A stretch of 64,000 nucleotides of DNA. It comes from Mobula hypostoma. Its lineage: Eukaryota. The notes under the pieces are model-generated. The model did no database searches. It was not told the DNA's origin and saw nothing but the letters and a program-made list of their open reading frames with translations. The position numbers and the translations under genes were made by a program. Below are positions 62,031 through 64,000 of this stretch, piece by piece. Each line of letters begins with the position of its first letter. Positions within the stretch are counted from its first letter, which is position 1. Location of the stretch: positions 163,558,001 through 163,622,000 of the forward strand of contig NC_086097.1 of assembly GCF_963921235.1 (NCBI RefSeq), given 5' to 3'.

Positions 62031-64000
62031 TGCCTCAGTGTGTTTCTTTGTAAAAAAAAATGTTTGATGTCAATCAGAATGACTTTTATCTGGTAAATTA
62101 TATAATGGTAAGAAAAGTATTTGCAGAAAATATTTTCTCATCAAGATTCAGTCAAAAAGATTGGAAGATTGGAGTAACTCTTCAATGATCTCCAGTGGAT
62201 ATGCACTATGGCTTCATTTTGTTATATACATGGGATTGTTAGTTTGATGTTACCTCAGTAACGGAATGAAAATTATTCTCACCTTCAACAGACAGACTGA
62301 GAAAAGAGAGAACTGTAATTCTTGAGATTGCAGTGTTGATCCTCATTGTATTGGCCTTCATTACTGGGAGTGTGATCCCCTTTAATCCCAAAATCCATCA
62401 CCTATTCTCGTTTGCACAAATGGACCAGGAGGGGTTCAATGGCCAGTCTGAGGATTTACAGTGTAAAGGTTTGCAAGGCTGTGGACAAGGAGCAAACAGA
62501 ATTGAGAATGGGAATTCAGCACAGATCTATGGATCTGGTAGAAATTGTAAATCCATAATTCCCCTTCCCTAAAAGCATTGGTCAACCAGAATGGAGTTTT
62601 CAGGAATCTAATAGGTTCATGAACATTTCAGTAGGCTGAGTTTAAAATTCCTCACAGGTATTTGATCTTTGTACAGTTGTGTTGTCAAGTCACCTAACCA
62701 CCGTGCACTAATTCTCTATTGTACCATGACTGCTCATTAGATCCTTGGGATTTACGAAGAGTCGGCTACAGGTTGGACGTTTGGGATCGTTTCCTATGCC
62801 ATATAATCCTAGACCTGTTATATCTGTAGAACCAGTTGTGTAGTTATACAAATATCAAAATCTTTTCCACCAATGCATCTGGCAGTTGTGTATATAAGTG
62901 TAAATGTGGCTTTCAGAACTGATGATTCATTGTATGAACTTGATGCATTGTTGTATCAGACACTGCCTTTCAGAGAGGATAGCAGCGTTCAACAGCTTTG
63001 TCTCATCTGAGTAGTTGTACTTACAATGGCACCAAAGAAATCCACAGACAAAACGGGCTTGGTTTTGCAGTGTTGGCTGCCATCCCTGATTAACTGTCAG
63101 TTCCTGGAGGTCCAATTTCACAGTCCATAAATCTTGGTATTCTGGCATTTTGAATGCTGAGATCTCACTAATAACATCAACATTATGTCAGCACTTATAC
63201 TGGAACTTATCTCTAACTGCTGATGTCATCTCAGCAGGGCTGCAAGAGCACTGAATATTACCCGCACTTTACAGTCAATAGAAAATGGAAGCAAGTGTGT
63301 CGTGCTCGATAGTTACCTCGTTCCCTGGCAGAAATACTGCTTTGTATCCAAACAGTATTTTTTGTTATGTGACTTGAAATGTTTGGCGAATTGAGTTTGC
63401 TTGTCCATTTTTCTCAGTGGTGCTAGTTGAGGGGCAGTGGACAGGTAATGAGTTTGTGTGTAGATTCCCAGAACAGCACCACCTGATATATTAGCTGAGG
63501 AATCACTTCAGTCCAAATATTTTGACAACAGCGTTTATGAATCTGCCAGTAACGTAATAAATGAAGGGATGGCATGATAAGTTAAGGGGCATCAGCAGGT
63601 CACAATGTGTCAAGGATTCTTCCCCTCAGTCCTGCCTTCCAGCTTGGCTTCATATTCCTTGATTCACCATATTTACTGTATAAAAACCTTTCAGTGATTG
63701 AATGTCCAGTTCTTTCTCTTGTCCATCCAGATAATCCACCTGTTCCCCTGAATCAATAATCCATGCCCCTTGACTCTTCAACCAGTGGAAGTCTCATCTA
63801 CCTTGCCAATCCCTAGAATTACCCCTGCTTCATTGTTTTAAGTTCCAATAAGTGCAGGCTAATCCTTCGTTATTACTCTCCTTGAACTACTGTGAGAATT
63901 AACTGAATATATTAATTCATTTTAACTGGGAAAGAAGGGAATAGCCTGGGGCCAGTATGGACAAGGACAGTCAACCAAAGGACAGCTTTCTTTACCAAGC

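Noticed and set aside
62927..63148. Minus ORF containing a gtaagt donor-like site
   Set aside because: No polypyrimidine acceptor and no recognisable product.

Overview
Vertebrate, AT-rich, repeat-dense non-coding DNA (intergenic or a very large intron). I could not support any host protein-coding exon. The repeat mix (CR1 LINEs, Rex1/Babar-type LINEs, V-domain tRNA SINEs, GIY-YIG Penelope-like elements) points to a cartilaginous fish, probably a ray; this is inference. Nearly all ORFs in the track are transposon fragments or antisense noise. Well-supported elements: many CR1 and Rex1-type LINE pieces; Penelope-like elements (PLEs), several with target-site duplications (TSDs); an internally deleted hAT transposon and a Charlie-type MITE with perfect 8-bp TSDs; a Chapaev3-type transposon; Tc1 derivatives; two Gypsy gag-pro remnants; a 43-bp minisatellite. 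The most interesting signal is a family of minimal hammerhead ribozyme motifs (AGTC-CTGAyGA-A-GGGTCTCGGCCC-GAAAC-GTC-GACT) in the PLE termini, present in about 10 copies, with compensatory stem changes in an older subfamily. Three TSD-flanked fold-back PLE insertions also share a fixed 35-38 nt unpaired tail. Family names come from recognising motifs by eye, not from database searches, and boundaries without a TSD are approximate.
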